Source: an uncultured Phycisphaerales bacterium (GTDB lineage Bacteria; Planctomycetota; Phycisphaerae; Phycisphaerales; UBA1924). Taken from it: 64,000 bases of DNA. Made by a program: the position numbers and the translations under genes. This document shows, in pieces, positions 17,429 to 25,970 of the stretch; positions within the stretch are counted from its first letter, which is position 1, and every line of letters starts with the position of its first letter. Below the pieces are notes generated by a model. The model saw only the letters and a list, made by a program, of their open reading frames with translations. It was not told where the DNA came from and made no database searches. The DNA is taken from the NCBI GenBank assembly GCA_965652365.1, contig CBFGUD010000005.1, positions 22,136-86,135 on the forward strand, in the 5' to 3' direction.

Positions 17429-19162
17429 TTATCGGCCGAGGACGAGGAGCTGCTGGAGGAGCTCGTCGGTCGTTCGGATCACGCGCGACGAGGCGCTGTA
17501 CCCGGTTGAGGTCAGGATCATCTCGGTGAACTCGCGCCCGAGGTCGACGTTCGATCCCTCGAGCGCGCCCGACACGACGACGCCCAGCCCGAGCTGCCCC
17601 GGGGTCGCGACGGCGGCGGGCCCGGAGTTGGGGCCCGTGGAGAACAGGTTCCCCCCCTCGTCGACGAGACCCGCGGGGTTGGAGAAGTTCGCGAGGACGA
17701 CCTGGCCCATGATCCGCGTCGCGCCGTTGGAGAAGCGCCCGATGATCATCCCGTCGTTGCCTGTCCCGAAGGTCTCGAGGGTCCCGGGGGGGAGCCCGTC
17801 GGTGGTGAGCCCGATGATGCTCGAGTCGGTCGCGAGGGAGGTCGTGGACCCGGAGTCGGAGGTGAAGTGGACGTTGAACGAGAGCGGGTTGTCCGCGCCC
17901 GTGCCCATGCGATCGACCGTGATGCTCAGGGGGAGCGAATCCGGGTCGAGTTGGCCCTCGTTGTCGAACGCGAGCGTCCCCGTCGCGATCGCGGTGTCGG
18001 GGTCGGTGTCCATGTCGGACTCGACGTAGTAGCGCCAGACGGGCCCGGTGTCGGGGGTGGAGTCGAGCACCATGACGAGGTCGACGAGGACGGCTTCCCC
18101 GAGCGAATCGAAGACGGAGATCGTGGTGCGGACGGACTCGCCGTCGGCTTCCTGGACCTGCGTGATGTCGAACGCGGAGCCGAGCGAGGTCGTCCCGTCG
18201 GCGGCGACGTGCTCGATGTCCCCGGTGAGCATCGCGATGTTGTTCTCGGTGCCCGTGTTGCCCACGATCCGGATGACCCCCGTGGTCGGGTCGACCGTGA
18301 CCCCGGGGGTGAGCCCGTCGGGGTTGGGTCCGCCCGTGTCCTGGATCCCGAGCGCGTTGTCGAGGAAGTCCATGAGGTCCTGGACGGAGGTGGTCGCGGT
18401 GATCTCGAGGGTGGCTTCGCTGATGTCGGCACCGCCCTTGGTCGCGTCGGAGGTGATGCGGATGGACTCGCCCGCGGTGAACAGGGGGTTGCCCGGGTTG
18501 CTCGCGTCGTCGATGTTGACCAGGCGCGAGGTGGCGTTGATGAACCCGCCACCGAGGACGGTGGCGCCCGTGAGCGACCCGCCCATGAGGTCGATGACCG
18601 AGCCCTGGGTCGGGATGTCCCCGGTTTTGTTGAGGTTCCCGACGATGGAGACGTTGTCGGTCTCCTCCGCGATGGTGATCTTCCCGACGGGGACGTTGAT
18701 GGGGACGAGGTTCCCGGAGAGGATGTTGAAGTTGTCGTCGACGGCGTACCCGAGGAGGCGCTCGCCGCTGACGGTGGTGAGGTTGTCCTCGGTGTCTTGT
18801 CTGAATGATCCGGCGCGGGTGTAGAAGGTGGAGTTCCCTCGCTCGACCATGAAGAACCCGGAGCCGTCGATCGCCATGTCGCGGAAGTCTCCGGAGGCGG
18901 TGATGGTCCCTGAGTTGAAGTCGCGTTGGATGCCGCCGATCCCGACGCCGTTGCCGACCTGCCTGGGGTTGACGCCGCCGGAGGATTGTCCGGGCGCGGT
19001 CCCGAGCCCGAGGTTGCGGTAGAAGAGCGTTTCGAAGACGGCTCGCGAGGACTTGAACGCGGTGGTGTTCACGTTCGCGATGTTGTTGCCGATGATGTCG
19101 AGCTTGCGTGAGTGGGTGTTGAGACCGGAGAGCCCGGTGAAGAGCGCGGAGGTTGAAGCCAT
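17429..19162 (-). CDS. flgE: flagellar hook protein
   Basis: N-terminus LFTGLSGLNTHSRKLDIIGNNIANVNTTAFK. C-terminus ..LEGSNVDLGREFTEMILTSTGYSASSRVIRTTDELLQQLL (flagellar basal-body rod/hook family). Confidence 0.9.
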   Translation of the reverse strand: MASTSALFTGLSGLNTHSRKLDIIGNNIANVNTTAFKSSRAVFETLFYRNLGLGTAPGQSSGGVNPRQVGNGVGIGGIQRDFNSGTITASGDFRDMAIDGSGFFMVERGNSTFYTRAGSFRQDTEDNLTTVSGERLLGYAVDDNFNILSGNLVPINVPVGKITIAEETDNVSIVGNLNKTGDIPTQGSVIDLMGGSLTGATVLGGGFINATSRLVNIDDASNPGNPLFTAGESIRITSDATKGGADISEATLEITATTSVQDLMDFLDNALGIQDTGGPNPDGLTPGVTVDPTTGVIRIVGNTGTENNIAMLTGDIEHVAADGTTSLGSAFDITQVQEADGESVRTTISVFDSLGEAVLVDLVMVLDSTPDTGPVWRYYVESDMDTDPDTAIATGTLAFDNEGQLDPDSLPLSITVDRMGTGADNPLSFNVHFTSDSGSTTSLATDSSIIGLTTDGLPPGTLETFGTGNDGMIIGRFSNGATRIMGQVVLANFSNPAGLVDEGGNLFSTGPNSGPAAVATPGQLGLGVVVSGALEGSNVDLGREFTEMILTSTGYSASSRVIRTTDELLQQLLVLGR

Positions 19163-19201
19163 GTCGTGGGACTCCCGGCGCGCGGCGCCTGAACGGATGA
19201 A

Positions 19202-19693
19202 CTATGGGTGCGCCGCGCCGCTGAGCGCGTGCACGAGCGACGCGTTCCGCATAACGCGTGCCGGTCCGTCCTTGGACATGGTCATCGGAGCGTCCGTGCT
19301 CGTCTGATCGTCTGAGTTCTCGCTGAACAGCGCCGTGCGCGGGCGGACGTAGCCGTCGATCCCATCGACGACGAGTTCCGCGTGCGGATCGAACTGCGCG
19401 TCCACGCGCCGCTCGGTGACATCGACGCGCAGGATCGACCCGCCGAGGTCGACGAGCGCGGTGCGCATCCCCCGGATCGTCGCGAGGTCCGCGGCGCGCC
19501 CGATCGTGTCGGGGTCGATGCCCTGGTCGGTGATCATCGGGCCCAGCGAGACGGGGATCCCGCTGGCGCGCCCGCAGTTGACGCGCGCGAGCACGTCCGC
19601 GAAATCACGGGTGATCGGTGATCGCGCCCGGTCCGTCGGGTCGACCCCCGCGCCGAGCTTCGCGAGCAGCGCTGACGGGTCGATCAGGGTCAC
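19202..19693 (-). CDS. hypothetical flagellar-operon protein (possibly the small family found between flgD and flgE in Firmicutes)
   Basis: 163 aa, high GC3. The start overlaps the flgD stop by 4 nt. The segment ADLATIRGMRTALVDLGGSILRVDVTERRV resembles my recollection of TIGR02530-type proteins, but this is unverified. Confidence 0.45.
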   Translation of the reverse strand: MTLIDPSALLAKLGAGVDPTDRARSPITRDFADVLARVNCGRASGIPVSLGPMITDQGIDPDTIGRAADLATIRGMRTALVDLGGSILRVDVTERRVDAQFDPHAELVVDGIDGYVRPRTALFSENSDDQTSTDAPMTMSKDGPARVMRNASLVHALSGAAHP

Positions 19694-20214
19694 GGGGTGT
19701 CGTCTCCGTCGTCCGTGTCGTCCGTGTCGTCGACGTCGTCGGTGCCGTCATCGTCGTCGACGTCGTCCGGGTCATCGGGGTCGTCCGGGTCGTCCACGGG
19801 GTCGGTGTTCTCGAGCGGGCCGATGATCTCGTCGACCTGATCGAAGAACATGCGCGACCCGTCGAAGAGGTTGAGCAGCGGGCCCTCGCTCGTCTGCGTG
19901 ACGGAGATCACCAGGTCCGCGACGCGCGAGTTGTCGATCGTGATCCCCGAGACGAGGTTCCCGATGAGATTCGACGCGCTCGCGAACTCGCTCTGTCGCA
20001 CGAGGGTCTCGAGGGAGTCGACCATCTGCGTGTCCGACTCGATCGAGCGGAGCGTCGCGAGCTGCTCGAGGGTCGCGCCCGTGTCCTGGGGCTCGAGCGG
20101 GTCCTGGTTCTGGAGCTCGGTGAAGATGATCCGGAGGAACTCGTCGCTCGAGAGCGCGCCGAGCGCGTCGCCCGAGTTTGCGCCGTTGCTGTACAGACCT
20201 GAGATCGCGCTCAT
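19690..20214 (-). CDS. flgD: flagellar hook capping/assembly protein with poly-Asp tail
   Basis: N-terminal FlgD motif LSSDEFLRIIFTELQNQDPLEPQD. The C-terminal 45 aa are almost pure D/P/T (DPDDPDDPDDVDDDDGTDDVDDTDDTDDGDD). Confidence 0.85.
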   Translation of the reverse strand: MSAISGLYSNGANSGDALGALSSDEFLRIIFTELQNQDPLEPQDTGATLEQLATLRSIESDTQMVDSLETLVRQSEFASASNLIGNLVSGITIDNSRVADLVISVTQTSEGPLLNLFDGSRMFFDQVDEIIGPLENTDPVDDPDDPDDPDDVDDDDGTDDVDDTDDTDDGDDTP

Positions 20215-20237
20215 GGGGCGCTCCTGTCATGGGCTCG

Positions 20238-21572
20238 TCACGCGATCGCGTCGAGCCCGAGGTGGGTCCAGATGGATTGGGTCGTGCGCGCCGGGTCCGA
20301 CGGGATCGGCCCGGCGCTGTCGTCTTCGGGGTGGGGCTGGGTGTCCGAGCGCTGACGATCCCCGCGCTCGCGCTGATCGGACCCGGACATGTCCGCATCG
20401 GGATCGAGACCCGGGTCGCTCGCGCCGGGGGCGGTGTTGCTCGGCTGCTGGATCGTGAGCTCGTCGACGCGCACCCCGCGCGCTTCGAGCGCGGCCCGGA
20501 GCTGGGGGAGCGAGTCCTGGAGCAGCTTGGTCGCGTCGTCGGAGGATGTCTCCATCCGCGCCCGGACCACGCCGTCGCGGAGGGAGAGCTTGATCCGCAC
20601 CTCGCCGAGGTGCTCGGGGGAGAGGCGCAGGGTCATGGACCCGCCGCCCTCCTTGAGCACGCTCGCGAGCGAACGCGAGACCTGGCTCACGATCCGGTCC
20701 TTGAGCGCCGCGTGGGGGTCGGTGGATTTCGCTTCGGTGGCCTTCAGAATCTGCGGCCTGTTCTGCGCACCGAGATCGAGCGACGCGCCGTTGCCCGAGC
20801 TGTTGGAGCTCGAGGTCGGCTGCACGCTCGACGCGGCGCTGACGACCGGCACCGGGGAACCGCTCGCGGTCGATGAGGGCGCGGGGGTGATGGGCTGGGG
20901 CCCCACGCTCGCGGCCGCGCTCTGCGCACCGACCTGCGCGGGTTGGCTCTGCGTGACGGGCTCGGTCACGGCGCGATCGGGGAGCGGGGTCTGGATCGGT
21001 TCGCGCGGAACGCTCCGGGTCTGCGACTGGTCGGATCCGTTGGGCGCGGGACGGGTGTTGGGTTCCGCGTTGTCGGCGCGGAGTGTGCGCGAGGGGCGCG
21101 GGTCGTGCGCGTTCGGATCGGGACGGAGATGCTCGGGGGTCTGGGGCGTGGGCTGGGCGGGCGTTTGCGGGCTGGCGAGTTCCTGCGACGAGATCCGCGA
21201 CAGGTCGATCTGGGCCGCGTTGTCGAGGATCGCGCCCAGGTCGCGCGCCGAGCGGACGTGGGTCCCGTGGAGGAGTCCGGGGTCGAAGACCCGGTCCGGA
21301 TCGGGTTGGGGGCCGTCGCTCGCGTCCTGATCGTTCGCGCCGTCCGAACGCTCGTTGGCCTTCGTGCCGGACGATTCGGTGTCCGTCTCCTCGGGCTGCT
21401 CGGTCGCGTCGTCGCGGGGTGTTTCTTCGGGATCGATCGTCGCGAGCTGCTTGTCGAGGAGCGCGCCGAATCCGGGCGCACCGGGTGCGCCTGGGGGCGC
21501 AGCGCCTGCGCCGCGGGGCGCAACGCTCGGCTGGGGTGTTCGGGTTGTTTGTGTTGCTTGGAGTGTTGTCAT
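20238..21572 (-). CDS. fliK: flagellar hook-length control protein
   Basis: Pro/Ala-rich N-terminal and central region. C-terminal FliK domain MTLRLSPEHLGEVRIKLSLRDGVVRARMETSSDDATKLLQDSLPQLRAALEARGV. Confidence 0.8.
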   Translation of the reverse strand: MTTLQATQTTRTPQPSVAPRGAGAAPPGAPGAPGFGALLDKQLATIDPEETPRDDATEQPEETDTESSGTKANERSDGANDQDASDGPQPDPDRVFDPGLLHGTHVRSARDLGAILDNAAQIDLSRISSQELASPQTPAQPTPQTPEHLRPDPNAHDPRPSRTLRADNAEPNTRPAPNGSDQSQTRSVPREPIQTPLPDRAVTEPVTQSQPAQVGAQSAAASVGPQPITPAPSSTASGSPVPVVSAASSVQPTSSSNSSGNGASLDLGAQNRPQILKATEAKSTDPHAALKDRIVSQVSRSLASVLKEGGGSMTLRLSPEHLGEVRIKLSLRDGVVRARMETSSDDATKLLQDSLPQLRAALEARGVRVDELTIQQPSNTAPGASDPGLDPDADMSGSDQRERGDRQRSDTQPHPEDDSAGPIPSDPARTTQSIWTHLGLDAIA

Positions 21573-22261
21573 TGCTCGGGTTCGTCCACACGCGCGGCCT
21601 CGAGGCCCTTGGTGCGGACGGACTCAAGCAACTGGGCTGCCAACTCGGGGCGGCCCGCCTTGACGAACTGGGTGAGGACGTCGGTTCGGATCCGATCGCC
21701 CATCGCGGAGAGGTAGGAGACGGCCTGCTCGACCTGCCCGCGTTCGATGAGGGTGTCGAGGGTCTCCATCGCGTCCTTGGGCGCCATCTGTGAGATCGTG
21801 TTGAGCGCCTTGGTGAACTGTTCGGACCCCTCGATCGAGGCGAGGCGCGCGCGCATGGCGTCGAAATCCGCTTGCTCCTGCTCCAGGTCCGCGCGTTCGC
21901 TCGCGAGGAGGGCGCGTTCTCGCCGGAGTGTATCGCGGAGGTCCTGGATCTCGCGCTGCATGCGCTCGAGGCGTGCCCGGTCGATCTGGGTGAGCTCGAC
22001 GCGCACGGTGTTGAGCTCGTCGGCGCTCATCGCGATCTCGGGGATGTCGGGCTCCTTCTCCGCTTCGATCCGGGCGAGTTCGGCCTGCTCGGCTTTGAGC
22101 CGCGCCTCCTCCTGGGGGATCGTCTCCTTGAACGAGTCGACGACCTCCGTGAGGCGCGCGGTGTCCACGCGCTGGGTGAGCATGAGCCACCCCGCGCCGG
22201 CGAGGATCGCGCCGATGTTGAGGATCGCGATGATCGTGAGCGCCCGGATCAGGGTCTTCAT
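21569..22261 (-). CDS. membrane-anchored coiled-coil protein with MgtE_N-like C-terminus (YlxF/FlbB position)
   Basis: N-terminal TM (LTIIAILNIGAILAGAGWLML), a coiled coil, then ..ISQMAPKDAMETLDTLIERGQVEQAVSYLSAMGDRIRTDVL.. Occupies the slot between fliJ and fliK. ATGA overlaps on both sides. Confidence 0.55.
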   Translation of the reverse strand: MKTLIRALTIIAILNIGAILAGAGWLMLTQRVDTARLTEVVDSFKETIPQEEARLKAEQAELARIEAEKEPDIPEIAMSADELNTVRVELTQIDRARLERMQREIQDLRDTLRRERALLASERADLEQEQADFDAMRARLASIEGSEQFTKALNTISQMAPKDAMETLDTLIERGQVEQAVSYLSAMGDRIRTDVLTQFVKAGRPELAAQLLESVRTKGLEAARVDEPEQ

Positions 22262-22734
22262 CGCTCCATCTCCTGCTCGTATGGTGTCGCGTGGGCGAAT
22301 CGCATGACACTCAGATCGTCCAGATCACGCGCTTCCCTTGCGGATTCCGCGCTCCGGTGCGCCTCGCGCTGCTGGTCCCGGAGCATCTCGACGGCCTTGC
22401 GCCTCGTCGCGGCGTGCGCGAGCGCCCGGCGCGCCCGCTCGATCCGGTCCATGAGCCCGCGGAGCTCGAGGACCCGGCGCTGGGCGTCGAATCGATTGCG
22501 CATCGCGGCGCTCGACTGGAGCTTGGCGGACCGCAGATCGACCCCCCCACCGCCCGAGCCCAGGGCTTCGACGAGCTCGCGCTGCTCGCGCTCGATGTTG
22601 CGCTGGTGGGTGCGGATCGCGTTCTCGATCCGGGCGCGCTCGAGCTGGAGGCGCGCGAGCTCGGACTGCGCGTCGCGTTCCTCGCGTTGACGCTGGTCGA
22701 GCACGGGCTGGAGCTTGAAGCGGAAGGGGGGCAT
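22258..22734 (-). CDS. fliJ: flagellar export chaperone/stalk protein
   Basis: 158 aa, all-helical. FRFKLQPVLDQRQREERDAQSELARLQLE is a FliJ-type N-terminus. Follows fliI. Confidence 0.8.
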   Translation of the reverse strand: MPPFRFKLQPVLDQRQREERDAQSELARLQLERARIENAIRTHQRNIEREQRELVEALGSGGGGVDLRSAKLQSSAAMRNRFDAQRRVLELRGLMDRIERARRALAHAATRRKAVEMLRDQQREAHRSAESAREARDLDDLSVMRFAHATPYEQEMER

Positions 22735-22742
22735 CGTTCACC

Positions 22743-24143
22743 TCACGCGCGCTGCGCCTGCGGAGCGTTTGGCTGTCCGCCCGCCTGGGCGATGGCGCGG
22801 CGCTGCTGGATCATGTCCCCGGACTGGAGCGCGAGCTTGACGAGCATGTCGCGTCCCTTGGCGAAATCCGCGTCCTCGTCGGTGCGTTGGGCGAGGAGCT
22901 CGTTGATCACGTGGTGCATGTCGAGCGCCGTGTCCGCTTCTGGGTCGGACCCGGGCGCGTACGCGCCGATCTGGACGAGGTCTTCGATCTTTCGGTACGC
23001 CGCGACGAGCTTGGCGATCTGCTGTCGGGCCGCGAGGTGCGCGTCGTCGCTGACCTGGGACGCGACGCGCGAGACCGAGTCGAGGACGTCGACGGCCGGG
23101 AACTGCCCCTTGTGCGCGATGGCGCGGGAGAGCATGATGTGCCCGTCGAGGATCCCGCGCGCCGCGTCGGAGATGGGCTCGGTCATGTCGTCGCCCTCGA
23201 CGAGGATGGTGTAGAGCCCGGTGATCGACCCGCGCTTCCCGTCCGTCGTTTCCAGGGTCCCGGCGCGTTCGAGGAGCTCGGGGAGGGCCGCGAAGACACT
23301 CGGGGTGTAGCCCTTGGTCGCGGGGGGCTCGCCGACGCTGAGCCCGACCTGGCGCTGCGCGTGCGCGAAGCGGGTGATCGAGTCCATCATCAGCAGCACG
23401 TCCTGGCCCCGATCGCGGAAGAACTCGGCGCACGTGCACGCGAGCTTGGCGGCGCGGATGCGCATGAGGGGGGACTCGTCCCCCGTCGCGACGATGACGA
23501 CGGAGCGCTCGAGCCCCTCGGCGCCCAGCGCGTGCTCGATGAAGTCGCGGACCTCGCGCCCGCGTTCGCCGATGAGGGCGATGACGTTGATGTCCGCGTC
23601 GGTGCCGCGCGCGATCTGCCCGAGGAGGGTGGACTTGCCCACGCCCGGACCCGCGAAGATCCCGAGGCGCTGCCCGCGCCCCACGGGGGTCATGAGATCG
23701 ATGACGCGCACCCCGGTCCGCAGCGCCGTGTCGATGCGCGCGCGGCGCATCGCGCCGACGGGCTCGGGGTTGATCGGTCGCAGGACGCGCTCCGCGACGT
23801 CGCCCAGGTCGTCGATCGGGTCCGCGAGCCCGTTGACGACGCGCCCCAGGAGCCCCGCGCCCACGGGCGCGACCTGGTGGACCCGGGTCATGCTCGCGCG
23901 CGCGCCCGGGACGACCCCGGTCGTGGGCGAAAGGAGCATGACGATCGCGTCCCCCGAGTCGAAGCCCACGACCTCGCCGCTGACGCGTTGGTTGTTCTGG
24001 GTGCGGATCTCGACGAGCGACCCGATCGGGACGGGGAGGTCTCTGGCGCGGAGAGTCATCCCGCGCACGCTGCTGATGCGCCCGTGGATCCCGAGGGGGT
24101 TCGTCTGCTCGACGAGGTCGAGTTCGCGCGAAAGGAGGGTCAC
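22743..24143 (-). CDS. fliI: flagellum-specific ATPase
   Basis: Walker A GPGVGKST and Walker B VLLMMDSITRFA. GTG at 24143 overlaps the fliH stop (GTGA). The listed 613-aa ORF is an Arg-rich upstream extension running through fliH. Confidence 0.95.
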   Translation of the reverse strand: MTLLSRELDLVEQTNPLGIHGRISSVRGMTLRARDLPVPIGSLVEIRTQNNQRVSGEVVGFDSGDAIVMLLSPTTGVVPGARASMTRVHQVAPVGAGLLGRVVNGLADPIDDLGDVAERVLRPINPEPVGAMRRARIDTALRTGVRVIDLMTPVGRGQRLGIFAGPGVGKSTLLGQIARGTDADINVIALIGERGREVRDFIEHALGAEGLERSVVIVATGDESPLMRIRAAKLACTCAEFFRDRGQDVLLMMDSITRFAHAQRQVGLSVGEPPATKGYTPSVFAALPELLERAGTLETTDGKRGSITGLYTILVEGDDMTEPISDAARGILDGHIMLSRAIAHKGQFPAVDVLDSVSRVASQVSDDAHLAARQQIAKLVAAYRKIEDLVQIGAYAPGSDPEADTALDMHHVINELLAQRTDEDADFAKGRDMLVKLALQSGDMIQQRRAIAQAGGQPNAPQAQRA

Positions 24144-24901
24144 GCCGCGGACTCCGCGGCGTCGTCGTCCTCGTCGACGAGCTCGTCGTAGTCGGGTCCG
24201 CGGTGCGCGGGCATGAGGGCCGCGACGAGCCGGTCGAGCTGGGTGGTGATGGACGCGTCGATCTCGCCGCCCGACGCGGTGCGCGCCACGACCCCCCCGG
24301 GCGCGACGCTCGGGTCCTCGACGAGGGTCGCGTGCTCGCACATGGCGCAGCGTTCGACCATCGGACCCATGACGCGCTCGAGGAGCGGGATGTCCGACGG
24401 GTTGACGTGGAGCCGGAGCTTCGTGGGCGCGACGAGGGTCTCGAGCACGTGGTCGAGCTGGTCCGTGACGACCTCGGGGTCGAGCTCGACGGCCCGCTTG
24501 ATCACGCGCGCCGCGATGTGCGACGCGAGCTCCACGATCCCCGATTTCGCGCTCTGGAGCATCTCGCCCCGCTCGCCCTCCCACTGCTCGAGCGCGCTGG
24601 TCCAGTTCGATGCGAGGGTCCGGAGTTCGGATTCGTGCTCGGCGCGGGCGCTCTCGATGCCCTCGGCGCGTCCCCGCTCGCGCCCCTCCTCGAGCCCCTT
24701 GGCGAAGCCGTCGGCGTGGCCCTGCTCGCTCGCGCCCTCGATGAGGCGTTCTCGCTGCTCGTGCGCGTCCTTGAGGATCTCGTGCGCCCGGTCCTGCGCC
24801 GCTTTGACGAGCATCTCCCCGCGCGCGTGGAGGTCCCCGAGGTCCAGGGGGACCGCGTCTCTGGGGTAGGACTCGAGATCGGCGCGTTTGATGACGCCCA
24901 T
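24140..24901 (-). CDS. fliH: flagellar assembly protein (FliI regulator)
   Basis: 253 aa. Charged helical N-terminal half (..AQDRAHEILKDAHEQRERLIEGASEQGHADGFAKGLEEGRERGRAEG..). Lies between fliG and fliI. Confidence 0.8.
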   Translation of the reverse strand: MGVIKRADLESYPRDAVPLDLGDLHARGEMLVKAAQDRAHEILKDAHEQRERLIEGASEQGHADGFAKGLEEGRERGRAEGIESARAEHESELRTLASNWTSALEQWEGERGEMLQSAKSGIVELASHIAARVIKRAVELDPEVVTDQLDHVLETLVAPTKLRLHVNPSDIPLLERVMGPMVERCAMCEHATLVEDPSVAPGGVVARTASGGEIDASITTQLDRLVAALMPAHRGPDYDELVDEDDDAAESAA

Positions 24902-24923
24902 GGGCGCGTGGGTCCTTTCGGGG

Positions 24924-25964
24924 TCAGACGATCATCTCGGAGTCGCCGCCGCGGCCTTCGATCATGACGTCGCCCGCTTCCTCGAGTCGGCGCACGATGT
25001 CGACGATGCGCTGCTGCGCCGATTCGACGTCGCTCACGCGGACGGGGCCCATAAACTCCATGTCCTCCTTGACCATGGCCGCGGCGCGTTCGGACATGTT
25101 CCCGAAGATCTTCTCCTTGAGCACGTCCGACGCGGTCTTGAGCGCGATCGCGAGCTCGTCGTTCTCGACCTCCTTGAGGACGGCCTGGATGCCCTTGTCG
25201 TTGACGAGCTTGATGTCCTCGAAGACGAACATCAGTCGGCGGATCTCCTCGACCAGGTCCGGATCGTCGGACTCGAGCCCCTCCATGATGGTCTTCTCGG
25301 TGGCGCGGTCCACGAGGTTGAGGATCTCCGCGACGGTCGGGACACCCCCCGCCTTCTCCATGGACTGCATGAGCATGTTGCTCAGGCGGGATTCGAGCCC
25401 CTGCTCGACCTCCTTGATGACCTCGGGGTTGGTCTGCTCCATGTTCGCGACGCGCTTGATGACCTCGAGCTGCTTCTCCATCGCGAGACCCGCGAGGATC
25501 TCCGACGCCTTGTGGTGCGACAGGTGGCACAGGATCAGCGCGATCGTCTGGGGGTGCTCGTCCTGGATGAAGGTCAGGAGGTTGTCGCTCTCGGCGCGCT
25601 GGAGGAACGAGAAGGGGGTCTTCTGGACCTGGGTCTGGATCTGCCCGAGCATGCGCTCGGCTTCGCTCGGGTCGAGCGATTCCTTCAGGAGCTGCTTGGC
25701 GTACGAGAGCGACCCCTCGTTGGCGTACTGCGACGCGACGGAGATGTTGTAGAACTCCTCGACGACCTTGTTCTGGAGCGCGTCGGGGACGCGTCCGAGC
25801 GACGCGAGCTCGCGCGTGATCTCCTCGACCCTTGGGCCCGGGAGGTGCTTGAGGAGCGTGGTCGCGTGCTCGGGGCCGATCGCGAGGAGGAGGATCGCCG
25901 CTTTCTCGACGCCTTCGAGCTCGGTGATCTCCGACGGGAGCGGTTCGTTGGGCTTGCGTGGCAT
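24924..25964 (-). CDS. fliG: flagellar motor switch protein
   Basis: 346 aa. ..GVEKAAILLLAIGPEHATTLLKHL.., EHPQTIALIL, and a C-terminal torque-helix region. Confidence 0.95.
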   Translation of the reverse strand: MPRKPNEPLPSEITELEGVEKAAILLLAIGPEHATTLLKHLPGPRVEEITRELASLGRVPDALQNKVVEEFYNISVASQYANEGSLSYAKQLLKESLDPSEAERMLGQIQTQVQKTPFSFLQRAESDNLLTFIQDEHPQTIALILCHLSHHKASEILAGLAMEKQLEVIKRVANMEQTNPEVIKEVEQGLESRLSNMLMQSMEKAGGVPTVAEILNLVDRATEKTIMEGLESDDPDLVEEIRRLMFVFEDIKLVNDKGIQAVLKEVENDELAIALKTASDVLKEKIFGNMSERAAAMVKEDMEFMGPVRVSDVESAQQRIVDIVRRLEEAGDVMIEGRGGDSEMIV

Positions 25965-25970
25965 CGCTGA

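Noticed and set aside
17429-17436. Perfect GCCGATAA on the minus strand at the flgE stop, upstream of flbD
   Set aside because: No TCAA (or TAAA) lies 15-17 nt upstream. The octamer is produced by the codons ..GGC CGA TAA (Gly-Arg-stop). It is probably coincidental, though an internal flbD promoter cannot be excluded.
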